Source of the DNA: Candidatus Latescibacterota bacterium | GTDB taxonomy: Bacteria > Latescibacterota > UBA2968 > UBA8231 | DNA: 64,000 nucleotides | Reading direction: 5' to 3' | Assembly: GCA_965248265.1 (NCBI GenBank) | Contig: CBDFJF010000001.1 | Location: 2,112,001 to 2,176,000, forward strand | Shown here: positions 1 through 8,584 of the stretch, one piece after another | Layout: each line of letters begins with the position of its first letter | Position numbering within the stretch: position 1 is the first letter of the stretch | The notes under the pieces: model-generated | Database searches by the model: none | What the model was told of the DNA's origin: nothing | What the model saw: the letters and a program-made list of their open reading frames with translations, nothing else | Translations under genes and position numbers: made by a program

Positions 1-219
1 GGGCTGGGAAGCGACGCGTTCTCGAGTTTCGAGCGCTTCGAGCAGAACGTCGAGCGCAGTGAAGCCGAAGCCGAGGCCCACACCGAGATCGCCGGCGAAT
101 TGGCCGAGGTCGAGCGCCAAGCAAACCGTCTCGATCGCGAGGTGGCCGTGGATGATGAGTTGCGGGCGCTGAAGGAAAAGCACAACGCCCAAACGGGCGG
201 GGACCAAACACGAGACTGA
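1..219 (+). CDS. pspA: PspA/IM30 family protein, C-terminal part (truncated by window start)
   Basis: Frame 1 reads GLGSDAFSSFERFEQNVERSEAEAEAHTEIAGEL...VDDELRALKEK to TGA at 217-219, the typical PspA C-terminus. Not in the ORF track. Confidence 0.85.
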   Translation, partial: GLGSDAFSSFERFEQNVERSEAEAEAHTEIAGELAEVERQANRLDREVAVDDELRALKEKHNAQTGGDQTRD

Positions 220-226
220 GGCCGCA

Positions 227-751
227 ATGCGTCTGCAATGGATACTGGAAGGCGGTATCAAACGACTGGGGGGCCTGTTTCTGCTGGTTTGGGCCATTCC
301 CCTGTTCGCCGTGGGACTGGGACTTATGCTCTGGGGTCTATCGAAGGCTCTGACCTTGGCCATCCATACCGGCCCGCCTGGTTTTCTTCTGAGCGGAAGT
401 CACTTCGAGCACCCGCTGTCCATCGGCGTCGCCCTCGTCGTGCTGAGTGTGTTAATGTGGGTCGGATCTCGCCGGCTGGACGCAGCCGTACGCACGTTGA
501 AGGATCGCCGCGTTGAAAATGCTTTGTTGCGTCTGGCGCAGCAACGCGGTGGTCGGCTCACGGTCATCGAAGCTGCCGCGGAAACCGGTTACACCGCCGA
601 GGAGGTGGCCCTCGTGCTCAGAAGGTTGTCAGAGCAGGGCTTTGTCGAGATCGAGGTCACGGATGCCGGTGTGATGGTGTATCGTTTTCCCGAAATCGCC
701 TACGCGCCAACACCGGGTGAGAGCTGGACGAACAGAATAGAATCGGCGTGA
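227..751 (+). CDS. Two-TM membrane protein with C-terminal winged-helix domain
   Basis: Two hydrophobic segments, then LLRLAQQRGGRLTVIEAAAETGYTAEEVALVLRRLSEQGFVEIEVTDAGVMVYRF (wHTH pattern); starts 7 nt after pspA. Confidence 0.8.
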   Translation: MRLQWILEGGIKRLGGLFLLVWAIPLFAVGLGLMLWGLSKALTLAIHTGPPGFLLSGSHFEHPLSIGVALVVLSVLMWVGSRRLDAAVRTLKDRRVENALLRLAQQRGGRLTVIEAAAETGYTAEEVALVLRRLSEQGFVEIEVTDAGVMVYRFPEIAYAPTPGESWTNRIESA

Positions 752-769
752 ACCGCGCCGGGAGGACTC

Positions 770-928
770 GTGTCCGCGTCGGACAACGAGGTGAAGGAAC
801 GCCTGACCCAGATTGAGAGACGCCTGACGGACACGCAAGAAGTGATGATCGCCTTGAACGAGAAAATGGATCGTTGGGAGGAAGGTCCCCGAATCAGGAG
901 CGAGCAATGGTCGAAGTCATCTTCATAA
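770..928 (+). CDS. Small soluble coiled-coil protein (52 aa)
   Basis: GGAGGA at 761-766, GTG start; MSASDNEVKERLTQIERRLTDTQEVMIALNEKMDRWEEG...; aligns with the C-terminus of 907-1134. Below the ORF-track size cutoff. Confidence 0.7.
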   Translation: MSASDNEVKERLTQIERRLTDTQEVMIALNEKMDRWEEGPRIRSEQWSKSSS

Positions 929-1134
929 GTATAGCCATCGCCGTCGTCATCCTCAGTGCCGGTGCTGTAAAGTGGATGAACATCTATATGCATAGGCGGC
1001 CGACGGCTGCCGATGCCGGTATCGATGAACTCGGGCAGCGCCTCGATGTCATCGAGGGAAGACTCCGCGATATCACCGACGTAATGATTTCGGTCAGCGA
1101 AAAGGTAGATAGCATGGACCAGACGCGGCCGTAG
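907..1134 (+). CDS. Single-TM plus coiled-coil protein, PspB-like architecture (75 aa)
   Basis: AGGAG before ATG 907; N-terminal TM followed by ELGQRLDVIEGRLRDITDVMISVSEKVD. Confidence 0.75.
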   Translation: MVEVIFISIAIAVVILSAGAVKWMNIYMHRRPTAADAGIDELGQRLDVIEGRLRDITDVMISVSEKVDSMDQTRP

Positions 1135-1153
1135 ACGAACAGGAGAGCAACGG

Positions 1154-1306
1154 ATGGATATTCTGTGGAAAATCGCCGGGGTCGTCCTACTGATCGGCGG
1201 CGCGATCATCGCCTTCAAACTGATCGCCAGTATGTTGATGTTTGTCGTCACCGTGGCGGTCGCCGGAGGGCTCATTTACGGCGGTTACCGGTTGCTGACG
1301 CGTTAA
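1154..1306 (+). CDS. Small two-TM hydrophobic protein (50 aa)
   Basis: AGGAG at 1141; MDILWKIAGVVLLIGGAIIAFKLIASMLMFVVTVAVAGGLIYGGYRLLTR; its TAA overlaps the kinase ATG (TAATG). Not in the ORF track. Confidence 0.75.
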   Translation: MDILWKIAGVVLLIGGAIIAFKLIASMLMFVVTVAVAGGLIYGGYRLLTR

Positions 1307-2697
1307 TGGTGCAGACGGCCGGTACAGAGGACGCCGCCGCGGGCGCTGTCGCGTCAGAGACGGAGGTCTTCTTTCGGCGGGGTATGGCCCTGCTGAAAGA
1401 TGGTCAGCAGGTCGAAGCGAGGGAGGAACTCGAACGCGCCGCCTCTGCCGGCCACATGGAGGCGCACTTTCAACTGGCTCTGCAGTACGCACGCGACGGG
1501 CGGCACCAGCGCGAGATACATAGACGCGCCGTCGAGCACCTGGAAGCGATTCTCGCATCAGCGGACGAACCGGACGGGATCGATACCCTCACCGCTGGCC
1601 TCGATCGGGTTTGTTTCGCCCTTGGCGGTTTGTACGCCGACAGCAACGGAGAGGGATCGCTGCAGCGCGGCATCGAAGTCTACCGCCGCGGGCTGACGAT
1701 CAATCCCCTGTCCGCGGTCGGTCACAGCAGTCTTGGACTCTTGCTCAAGAGGGCCGGGCATTACCTCGGCGCTCTCGGCGAATGCAAGCTGGCCATTCAA
1801 CTCGACCCCGACCACAAGGCGGCCTACACCAGCCTCGCTCAGCTGCTGTGCGAACACGTCGATGCGCAGGATCTGGCCACCGAGTATGCCCACATGATGG
1901 AAGAGTTCGGGGAGAGCGCACCGCGCGTGATCGCGACGTTGTCCATCGAGCTGATGGAACAGGGCCGTGGACAGATGCAGCGGGAAATGTACACGAAGAG
2001 CCACCAACTCAAGAATCTGCTGGGTCTCGTCGGCAGCCGTCTGCGCCGCGTCAGCCGCAAGCTGACGAAACGGGAAAAGGTATCAGCACCATTGGAGGAG
2101 CTCGTCGACGAGGTTGGCGAGGAGATGCACGGCGTCGAAGCGGAGTACGAACGACTCTACGAAGAATGGGTCGGTTTCCTGGCGGCGCTGACGCCGGACA
2201 CCCTATACACCAGCCTGGTGGAACCGGGGCGTGTCGTCGAGCGCGTGCTCGAAGCGCTGAGGCCGCGGGCCGGGGACACGGCACTGAAGTTGAGAACTCA
2301 TGAAGGGGTCCCCCGCATTCAAGCCGACGAGCGACTCCTGCGCGATGTGATTACCAACCTGTGCCTGAACGCCCTCGAAGCGACGGCAGAGCTGGGAGCC
2401 GGAACTGAGATTTCGGTAGGAGTGGGATATGATGCCAGCGCCGGTGTCGTCTTCGTCGAAGTCGAGGACGAGGGCCCCGGGATCGCCCCCGAGTACATCG
2501 ATCACGTCTTCGATCCAGGGTTCACTACCAAGGACAACGGCAGTGGCTACGGCCTGAGCATCGCTCGCCGCATCGCCCTGGCACACCACGGCGATCTCAG
2601 GGTGAAGAGCAAAATCGGGCACGGCAGCGTCTTCCGACTGGACATACCCGTGAACTTCGATGCGGAGGCTGGTCCTCACCTGGGGGAGATCCGGTAA
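1306..2697 (+). CDS. Soluble TPR-repeat sensor histidine kinase
   Basis: N-terminal TPR/Sel1-like repeats, H-box SHQLKNLL, N-box NLCLNA, G1 DEGPGI, F-box FDPGFTTK, G2 GSGYGL; no TM. Start moved to ATG 1306. Confidence 0.9.
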   Translation: MVQTAGTEDAAAGAVASETEVFFRRGMALLKDGQQVEAREELERAASAGHMEAHFQLALQYARDGRHQREIHRRAVEHLEAILASADEPDGIDTLTAGLDRVCFALGGLYADSNGEGSLQRGIEVYRRGLTINPLSAVGHSSLGLLLKRAGHYLGALGECKLAIQLDPDHKAAYTSLAQLLCEHVDAQDLATEYAHMMEEFGESAPRVIATLSIELMEQGRGQMQREMYTKSHQLKNLLGLVGSRLRRVSRKLTKREKVSAPLEELVDEVGEEMHGVEAEYERLYEEWVGFLAALTPDTLYTSLVEPGRVVERVLEALRPRAGDTALKLRTHEGVPRIQADERLLRDVITNLCLNALEATAELGAGTEISVGVGYDASAGVVFVEVEDEGPGIAPEYIDHVFDPGFTTKDNGSGYGLSIARRIALAHHGDLRVKSKIGHGSVFRLDIPVNFDAEAGPHLGEIR

Positions 2698-2698
2698 C

Positions 2699-4123
2699 AT
2701 GGCGCCCACCGAAGCTGCCGGCGTTGTGCTGATCGCCGACGATCAACCAGAGGTACTGGACGTGTTGGCGCAGCATCTGCGCACTCGCGGCAAGCAGGTG
2801 TTGGAGTTTCCCACTGGTGCCCTGCTCGCCCAGCATTTGAATCAGACCGCCGACGCCGTCGAGCTGGTCGTGCTGGATCTCGACTTCGGTGCCGGCGAGC
2901 AGGATGGCATCGCCACCCTCAGGCAGATCAAGCGAGATCGTCCCGACACCCCCGTCATCATCCTCACTGGCAAGGGCAACGTCGACGCCGCCGTCGACGC
3001 CGTGCAGCAGGGCGCGGCTGATTTCATCGAAAAGGACCTATTCGTCGAGGACAAGCTCGAACTGAGCATGGAAAAGGTGGAGCGCATGCTGCAGGTCTTG
3101 CGTGAGAACGCTGAACTGCGCGCCCGCAACCAGACCTTGGACCGCGACAACACGCTCTATCGCTCAGAACTGGGGCTCCGTTACCGCATCATCAGCGACA
3201 GCCCCAAGATTCACAGCATCCTGCGCCAGGTCGAACAGATCGCCAGCGTGCCGCGACCCGTCCTGATCCGGGGCGAGCGCGGCACGGGCAAGGAACTGAT
3301 CGCCGCGGCCCTCCACTACGGCAGCGATCGCGCCGATCGTCCGTTCGTCAAGCTCAACTGCGCGGCGGTGTCGGAATCACTCCTCGAAGCAGAGTTGTTC
3401 GGCCACGAAAAAGGCGCGTTCACCGGCGCCAATGAGGCGCGGCCCGGTCGCTTCGAAATGGCCGATGGCGGCACGCTGTTCCTTGATGAAATCGGTAACA
3501 CCAGCCTGGAGTTTCAGCAGAATCTGTTGCGTGTCATCGAGTACCCCGAGTTTGAGCGCATAGGCGGCAAGCACACGATTCGAGTCGACGTGCGCGTGGT
3601 CGCGGCGACCAATGCCGAACTCGAGGAAGCGATCACGCAGGGCAGTTTCCGAGCCGATCTCTACGATCGACTGCGATTCTCTGAACTGTCGATACCGCCG
3701 TTGCGACAGCGACGCGAAGACATCCGATTGCTCGTCGATTTTTTCGCTGCCGAGATGACGCGGGAAGTCGCCTCGATACCGGCACGCGGCTTCAACCCCC
3801 AGGCGCTGGCCGCCTTGGAAACCTATGGCTGGCCGGGTAACGTCAGAGAGCTCAAGTTTGCCGTCGAAAGGGCCCTGTGCGTGGCGACGGGTGAAGCCGT
3901 GGAGCCGGCCGATCTGCCACCTGAGATCACCATCGGCAAGACCGCCCCGAGCGACCAGACGACAGCCTCCTTCGACGATCAACTGGAAGGACTCGAACGC
4001 GGTATACTGCGACGCGCACTCGACGAGGCCAATGGCAGCCAGAAGAGTGCTGCAACCGCACTCGGCCTCACCTATGACCGCTACCGGCACCTGCTGCGCA
4101 AGCACAGCCTCACCGGCCAGTAG
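2699..4123 (+). CDS. Sigma54-dependent response regulator (REC-AAA+-HTH) with PspF-like AAA+ and HTH
   Basis: REC (ADD...VLDL...TG...EK), Walker [36 protein letters not shown]-terminal [16 protein letters not shown]. Confidence 0.92.
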   Translation: MAPTEAAGVVLIADDQPEVLDVLAQHLRTRGKQVLEFPTGALLAQHLNQTADAVELVVLDLDFGAGEQDGIATLRQIKRDRPDTPVIILTGKGNVDAAVDAVQQGAADFIEKDLFVEDKLELSMEKVERMLQVLRENAELRARNQTLDRDNTLYRSELGLRYRIISDSPKIHSILRQVEQIASVPRPVLIRGERGTGKELIAAALHYGSDRADRPFVKLNCAAVSESLLEAELFGHEKGAFTGANEARPGRFEMADGGTLFLDEIGNTSLEFQQNLLRVIEYPEFERIGGKHTIRVDVRVVAATNAELEEAITQGSFRADLYDRLRFSELSIPPLRQRREDIRLLVDFFAAEMTREVASIPARGFNPQALAALETYGWPGNVRELKFAVERALCVATGEAVEPADLPPEITIGKTAPSDQTTASFDDQLEGLERGILRRALDEANGSQKSAATALGLTYDRYRHLLRKHSLTGQ

Positions 4124-4130
4124 CACCGAT

Positions 4131-4266
4131 TCCCTGCTGAGTAGCTTCGGTGGCGATCAGCGCCACGAGCAACACTATACTCCCTGCTGAGTAGCTTCGG
4201 TGGCGATCAGCGCCACAAGCAACACTACACTCCCTGCTGAGTAGCTTCGGTGGCGATCAGCGCCAC
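4131..4266. repeat. Tandem 50-bp repeat (about 2.7 units), each unit containing the palindrome GTGGCG-ATCAG-CGCCAC
   Basis: Identical 36-mer TCCCTGCTGAGTAGCTTCGGTGGCGATCAGCGCCAC at 4131, 4181 and 4231; the two 14-nt linkers differ at 2 positions. Confidence 0.95.
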
Positions 4267-4331
4267 GCCGTTGGCCCCACCCGCCTTCAGCTGTTTCGTT
4301 ACAATAGCGATAAATCATTCAAGTTTATTAA

Positions 4332-4344
4332 AAACAACAGATTG
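4332..4344 (+). promoter_or_regulatory. Possible IHF site in AT-rich spacer
   Basis: AAACAACAGATTG, one mismatch to WATCAANNNNTTR, located between the repeats and the sigma54 promoter. Confidence 0.4.
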
Positions 4345-4372
4345 TAAGTTTTGTCGGGCAATCAGAATCCTC

Positions 4373-4388
4373 TGGCACAGTCCTTGCC
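4373..4388 (+). promoter_or_regulatory. Sigma54 (-24/-12) promoter for pspA2-TM2
   Basis: TGGCAC-AGTCC-TTGC with GG (4374) and GC (4386) exactly 12 nt apart; AGGAGG RBS downstream. Confidence 0.88.
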
Positions 4389-4452
4389 ATGAGTGTTTTG
4401 TGGACTCGGCCATTGCGGGTCCGTCGGTTTTCGCTAATTGCAGAGGAGGTAG

Positions 4453-5163
4453 ATGATGGTCAAGTCAACGCTGGGTCGAATCGGACACATTCTGTCATCC
4501 AGTGTCAACGACGCTCTGGACCGACTCGAAGATCCGGAGAAGCAGGTGCGTCAACTCATCCGGGACATGGAGGCAGCAATCGAGGACGCCATCCGTTCGG
4601 TGAGTACGGCGGTCGCCGATGAGCGACGGCTTGCCCGTCGCTGCGAAGAGGATGAGCGTCAGGTGAAGAAGCTCGACAAGTTGGCCCGTCGCGCGATCGA
4701 AAGCGGCGACGAGAGTCTCGCCCGCGCCATGACCGTACGTCGACTGGCGTACGAGCAGGCGAGCGCCGTCGATGCCCTCGGCGAAAGCCGCGACACCGTG
4801 ACCAGGCTGAAAACCCAACTCACCGAGATGCGTTGCAACCTGCAGCAGGCACGAGACCGACAAGGCAGTCTGATCGCTCGTATTCGGGCGGCCAGATCCA
4901 TGCCGGGATGGTCGACGACGGCCACGGCTCAGAAGGAAGATCCCTACGCGGACTTTCAGCGTCTTGCGTGCAAGCTCGATCGCAGTCGCGAAGAGCTCGA
5001 ACACCTCAGGGCTGAGGTCGAAATCTTCGAAGAGACCAAGGTGGGAATAGAAGAGGAACAGACCGGCACCGGGGCGGCATTCGAAAGGCAGGTGCGAGAT
5101 CTCGAGCTGAAACGGCGTATCGACGAGGAGATGGATCTGCTGCGACAGAAAGTGGGCACCTGA
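4453..5163 (+). CDS. pspA: PspA/IM30 family protein (second paralogue)
   Basis: LGRIGHILSSSVNDALDRLEDPEKQVRQLIRDME, ARRAIESGDESLAR, IDEEMDLLRQKV. Confidence 0.88.
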   Translation: MMVKSTLGRIGHILSSSVNDALDRLEDPEKQVRQLIRDMEAAIEDAIRSVSTAVADERRLARRCEEDERQVKKLDKLARRAIESGDESLARAMTVRRLAYEQASAVDALGESRDTVTRLKTQLTEMRCNLQQARDRQGSLIARIRAARSMPGWSTTATAQKEDPYADFQRLACKLDRSREELEHLRAEVEIFEETKVGIEEEQTGTGAAFERQVRDLELKRRIDEEMDLLRQKVGT

Positions 5164-5564
5164 TGACTCCTCTACATGTCTCACCCCGTTCGCGACTCGT
5201 TGCCCTCGTACTCTGTTTCTTCGCCGGTTTTCTTGGCGCTCACCGGTTTTACGTCGGCAAGACCGGCACGGCCCTGCTCATGCTGGTCACCTTTGGCGGA
5301 TTTGGTCTGTGGACCCTCATCGATTTCATCCTCATAGGGCTCGGTTCGTTCGCGGATGACCGGGGGTACCTGCTGCTGAGGTGGAGTGTCGAGGAGCCGA
5401 CATCGAGCGTCGAGGTGCCATCTCGGAGTGAGGTGCCGCCCGAACCCGATGTACCCGCCCGACGGGAGCTGGTGACGAGGATGGACCGGATCGATGGTGA
5501 ATTGTGCGACCTGCAATCGATCATGACGAGAATAGACGGGAGACTCGAACGTCCTCGATTGTGA
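5163..5564 (+). CDS. TM2-domain membrane protein with C-terminal coiled coil
   Basis: SRLVALVLCFFAGFLGAHRFYVGKTGTALLMLVTFGGFGLWTLIDFILI is a TM2 motif; TGATG overlap with pspA2. Confidence 0.88.
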   Translation: MTPLHVSPRSRLVALVLCFFAGFLGAHRFYVGKTGTALLMLVTFGGFGLWTLIDFILIGLGSFADDRGYLLLRWSVEEPTSSVEVPSRSEVPPEPDVPARRELVTRMDRIDGELCDLQSIMTRIDGRLERPRL

Positions 5565-5590
5565 GAGGCCCACGCCTACTTGTACCTACC

Positions 5591-6583
5591 TCAAAGATCT
5601 ACGCGTTCACCTGTCCGTGCCGATTCGAAAATCGCCTCTACGATCGCGATGGTGCCCAGTGCGTTGGTCGCAGGAACGGCCAGCTGTTTGTTGTCGAGCA
5701 AGACATCGTGGAAATGTTCGATTGCCGGGGTGAAGGGATGTCGGCCGTCGCCGAAGGGGTAGCGCACTTCGCTATCAGGAGTCTGTACCAATAAATAGGA
5801 ACCGTTGCGGGGGTGGTATGGTTGGGGAACGTTGATGAAACCCTTCTCGCCGTAGATGGCCGCGCCTTGACCACCTGTACCATCCATGGCCATCTGGATC
5901 GTGGCAAAGCGGCCATCAGAGAATTCCGCAACGGCGCTTGTCCGTATGTCGACCCCATACTCTGGATCGATGAGGCAGGCCCCCTGCACGGCGATCGGCT
6001 CTTCACCGAACACGAACCGCGTAAAGGTTATCGGGTAGACGCCGCCATCCAGCAGACCACCACCACCCAGTTCCCTGTTAAGTCGAATGTTATTGGAGGG
6101 ACGCGGGATGCGAAAATCCATGTAGGCGTGTGTGGCCGTGATCTCTCCGATGGCGCTACTGTCCAGGATCTGGCGAAGCTTCAGGGTCTGTTCATGAAAC
6201 AGGAACACGAACGCCTCAACCAGCTTCACGCCGGCACGTTCGCAGCTATCCGACATGCTGGTGATTTCGTCCGCTGACATGGCAAGCGGTTTTTCACAGA
6301 AAACGTGTTTGCCATTCTCGGCAGCCTTGATCGTCCACTCCGCGTGCATGGTGTTGGGGAGCGGGTTGTAGAGCGCGTCGATCTCGTCGCTTTCCAGAAG
6401 GCTTGTGTAGTCATCGCACACGACTGGGATGTCGTGCTTCTTGGCGAAGGCGTCAGCCTTGCTGCGATCTCGGCTGGCGACGGCGGCCAGCTCACCACGA
6501 TCGGTCTCACGAAGCGCGGGGATGAATGATCTTTCGGCGATAGCCGCGGTGCTGATGATGCCCCATCGGATCTTGTTCGGCAT
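5591..6583 (-). CDS. Gfo/Idh/MocA family oxidoreductase
   Basis: IRWGIISTAAIA, GKHVFCEKP, GGGGLLDGGVY. Confidence 0.9.
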   Translation of the reverse strand: MPNKIRWGIISTAAIAERSFIPALRETDRGELAAVASRDRSKADAFAKKHDIPVVCDDYTSLLESDEIDALYNPLPNTMHAEWTIKAAENGKHVFCEKPLAMSADEITSMSDSCERAGVKLVEAFVFLFHEQTLKLRQILDSSAIGEITATHAYMDFRIPRPSNNIRLNRELGGGGLLDGGVYPITFTRFVFGEEPIAVQGACLIDPEYGVDIRTSAVAEFSDGRFATIQMAMDGTGGQGAAIYGEKGFINVPQPYHPRNGSYLLVQTPDSEVRYPFGDGRHPFTPAIEHFHDVLLDNKQLAVPATNALGTIAIVEAIFESARTGERVDL

Positions 6584-6914
6584 GGTCAGATTGCTTTCAA
6601 TGTGTGAATTCCATTTGGTTGCGGACCTACCTGGCTAAATCATGGGCAGTATATGAAATACTGGATTGAACTGCTGAACTGAGAAGTCGATCGGTATAAC
6701 CTGGACCTGACCGAAAGCCATCAGCATGTTTCCAGGCCGCGACCCTGCACTTGCGACGACCTGTGGGGACGAGTGTCTACAGGAGTGCCCGTTACACTGT
6801 GATCTGAAATCCTCGATGATGGGTGCCGCAGCTCTTCTATCGCGAGGATGCTAGCGCCCACTCTGGATCCACCCTAGTGAAAACACTGCATACTCGACCT
6901 ATACTCTGATCCCC

Positions 6915-7694
6915 ATGGGTACATCAAACACAGAGGACTGGTTTCCGGGTCGAGTAGCACTGGTTACCGGCGCATCATCCGGCATAGGCCTCGAGATCGC
7001 CGTGGCGCTGGGAGCCGCAGGCGCGAAGGTGGGTGTCAACTACCGTGCCAATCGAGAGAGCGCCGAGGGTACACGGGAGAAAATCGAGGCCTCTGGCGGC
7101 CAGGCCGTCGCCATTCAGGCCGACGTCAGCCGCACCGAGGACGTAGCCCGCCTGTTCGACGAACTCGCTTCGGCGTTTGGTGATCGGATCGACATGCTGG
7201 TCAACAACGCCGGCGACTGGATGCCGAAGAGCCTGATCGTTGACTGTGACGATGCAACCTGGGAGCGAATGTTGGCCGTGAACACGACCAGCGTGTTTCT
7301 GTGCTGCCGCACTGCCGCGAGCAAGATGGTCGCTCAGGGCGAGGGGTCGATCGTCAATATCGGCTCGGTAGCCGGACACACGGGTGGGGGCGGCGGCACC
7401 GTGCCCTACGCGGCGGCGAAGGCGGCCGTGCACACCTTCACCCGCGGCCTGGCACGAGAACTCGGACCCAAAGGCGTCCGCGTCAACTGCGTCGCGCCGG
7501 GCATGATCGCCACCCCCATGCTGGAGGGCCGTGTCACACAGGAAGCGCACGAGGCATTGACAGGGATGACACCGCTTGGCCGCTTCGGCCAGGCGCACGA
7601 AATAGCGCCGATCGTCCTGACCCTGCTCTCCCCGGCCGCATCGTTCATGACCGGCGAAGTGGTGCAGGTGGACGGCGGCCTGTTGATGCGATGA
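6915..7694 (+). CDS. Short-chain dehydrogenase/reductase
   Basis: TGASSGIG, NNAG, YAAAK, VDGG. Confidence 0.92.
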   Translation: MGTSNTEDWFPGRVALVTGASSGIGLEIAVALGAAGAKVGVNYRANRESAEGTREKIEASGGQAVAIQADVSRTEDVARLFDELASAFGDRIDMLVNNAGDWMPKSLIVDCDDATWERMLAVNTTSVFLCCRTAASKMVAQGEGSIVNIGSVAGHTGGGGGTVPYAAAKAAVHTFTRGLARELGPKGVRVNCVAPGMIATPMLEGRVTQEAHEALTGMTPLGRFGQAHEIAPIVLTLLSPAASFMTGEVVQVDGGLLMR

Positions 7695-7744
7695 CGATCA
7701 AACCGTCAGCAATCTCACCTCATTTGACAAGGCGCTGAATCTCG

Positions 7745-8584
7745 ATGATCAAACTCAGTCTGCAATCCCTTTCTTTCGGACACACATTCAACGCCGGCGA
7801 AATTGACCTCGTGGGTATCATCGACAAGGCTGCTGAGTTGCGGATGGACGGCGTGGACCTGCACTTCCAGCACTTTGCTTCCACTGACGACGATTATCTC
7901 GAGCACTTGCGCCATCTTTGCCTCAGGCAGGGCCTGCACGTCTGCTACATCGGCATCAGCAATAACTTTCTCAAGACAGGCGCTGAATACGATGAGCAAA
8001 TCCAGCTCTGCAAAGACTGGATCGATGTGGCGGCAAGGATGGGCGTCCCCATGGTCAGGCTGTTCGGTGGCTGGCTGAACGAAGGGCAGACGGAGGAGGA
8101 GGCTTGGCCTCAGTTGGTGGCGGCGACGAAGGAGGTCGTGGCGTACGGACGCTCGAAGCACACCGTGTGCGCGCTGCACAACCACAACCACGGTTGCATT
8201 CCTGCCACGGGCGATCAAGTCGTCCGCATCCTCGATGAAATCGACGACCAGTACTACTCGCACATCCTCGACACCGGTCAGTACCGCGGCTCACCCGGTG
8301 CCTCCTTCGGCGAGCGCGGCAAAGAGGACCCCCAGTACGACTTTTACGGCAGCATCGCCACCAGCGCCCCGCGAGCCGCCCAGGTACGTGCCAAGATCTA
8401 TCGCATTGTCTCGGGCACTGAGGCCTGGCTCGATTACGAGCGCATCATGCCCATTTTGAAGAGCGTGGGGTTCAACGGTTGGATGTCATTGGTATTCGAA
8501 GGCCAGGATGAGCTCGACGAACCCACCGCCATGCCGCTGGCCAACCAGTATCTGCGCGATCTGCTGACAAGGCACGAGATGTGA
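7745..8584 (+). CDS. Sugar phosphate isomerase/epimerase (xylose isomerase-like TIM barrel)
   Basis: WIDVAARMGVPMVRLFGG, LHNH, LDTG, GFNGWMSLVFEG. Confidence 0.8.
   Translation: MIKLSLQSLSFGHTFNAGEIDLVGIIDKAAELRMDGVDLHFQHFASTDDDYLEHLRHLCLRQGLHVCYIGISNNFLKTGAEYDEQIQLCKDWIDVAARMGVPMVRLFGGWLNEGQTEEEAWPQLVAATKEVVAYGRSKHTVCALHNHNHGCIPATGDQVVRILDEIDDQYYSHILDTGQYRGSPGASFGERGKEDPQYDFYGSIATSAPRAAQVRAKIYRIVSGTEAWLDYERIMPILKSVGFNGWMSLVFEGQDELDEPTAMPLANQYLRDLLTRHEM

Noticed and set aside
1165-1305. N-terminal extension of the kinase in the ORF track
   Set aside because: The region is better explained by the 50-aa TM ORF with an RBS and TAATG coupling.
4131-4266. Mini CRISPR array (three 36-bp palindromic repeats)
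   Set aside because: The spacers are only 14 nt and nearly identical, and there are no cas genes; it is a tandem repeat.
6600-6910. Possible ncRNA or gene remnant in the intergenic region
   Set aside because: Only short stop-interrupted frames; no recognisable motif or stable structure.
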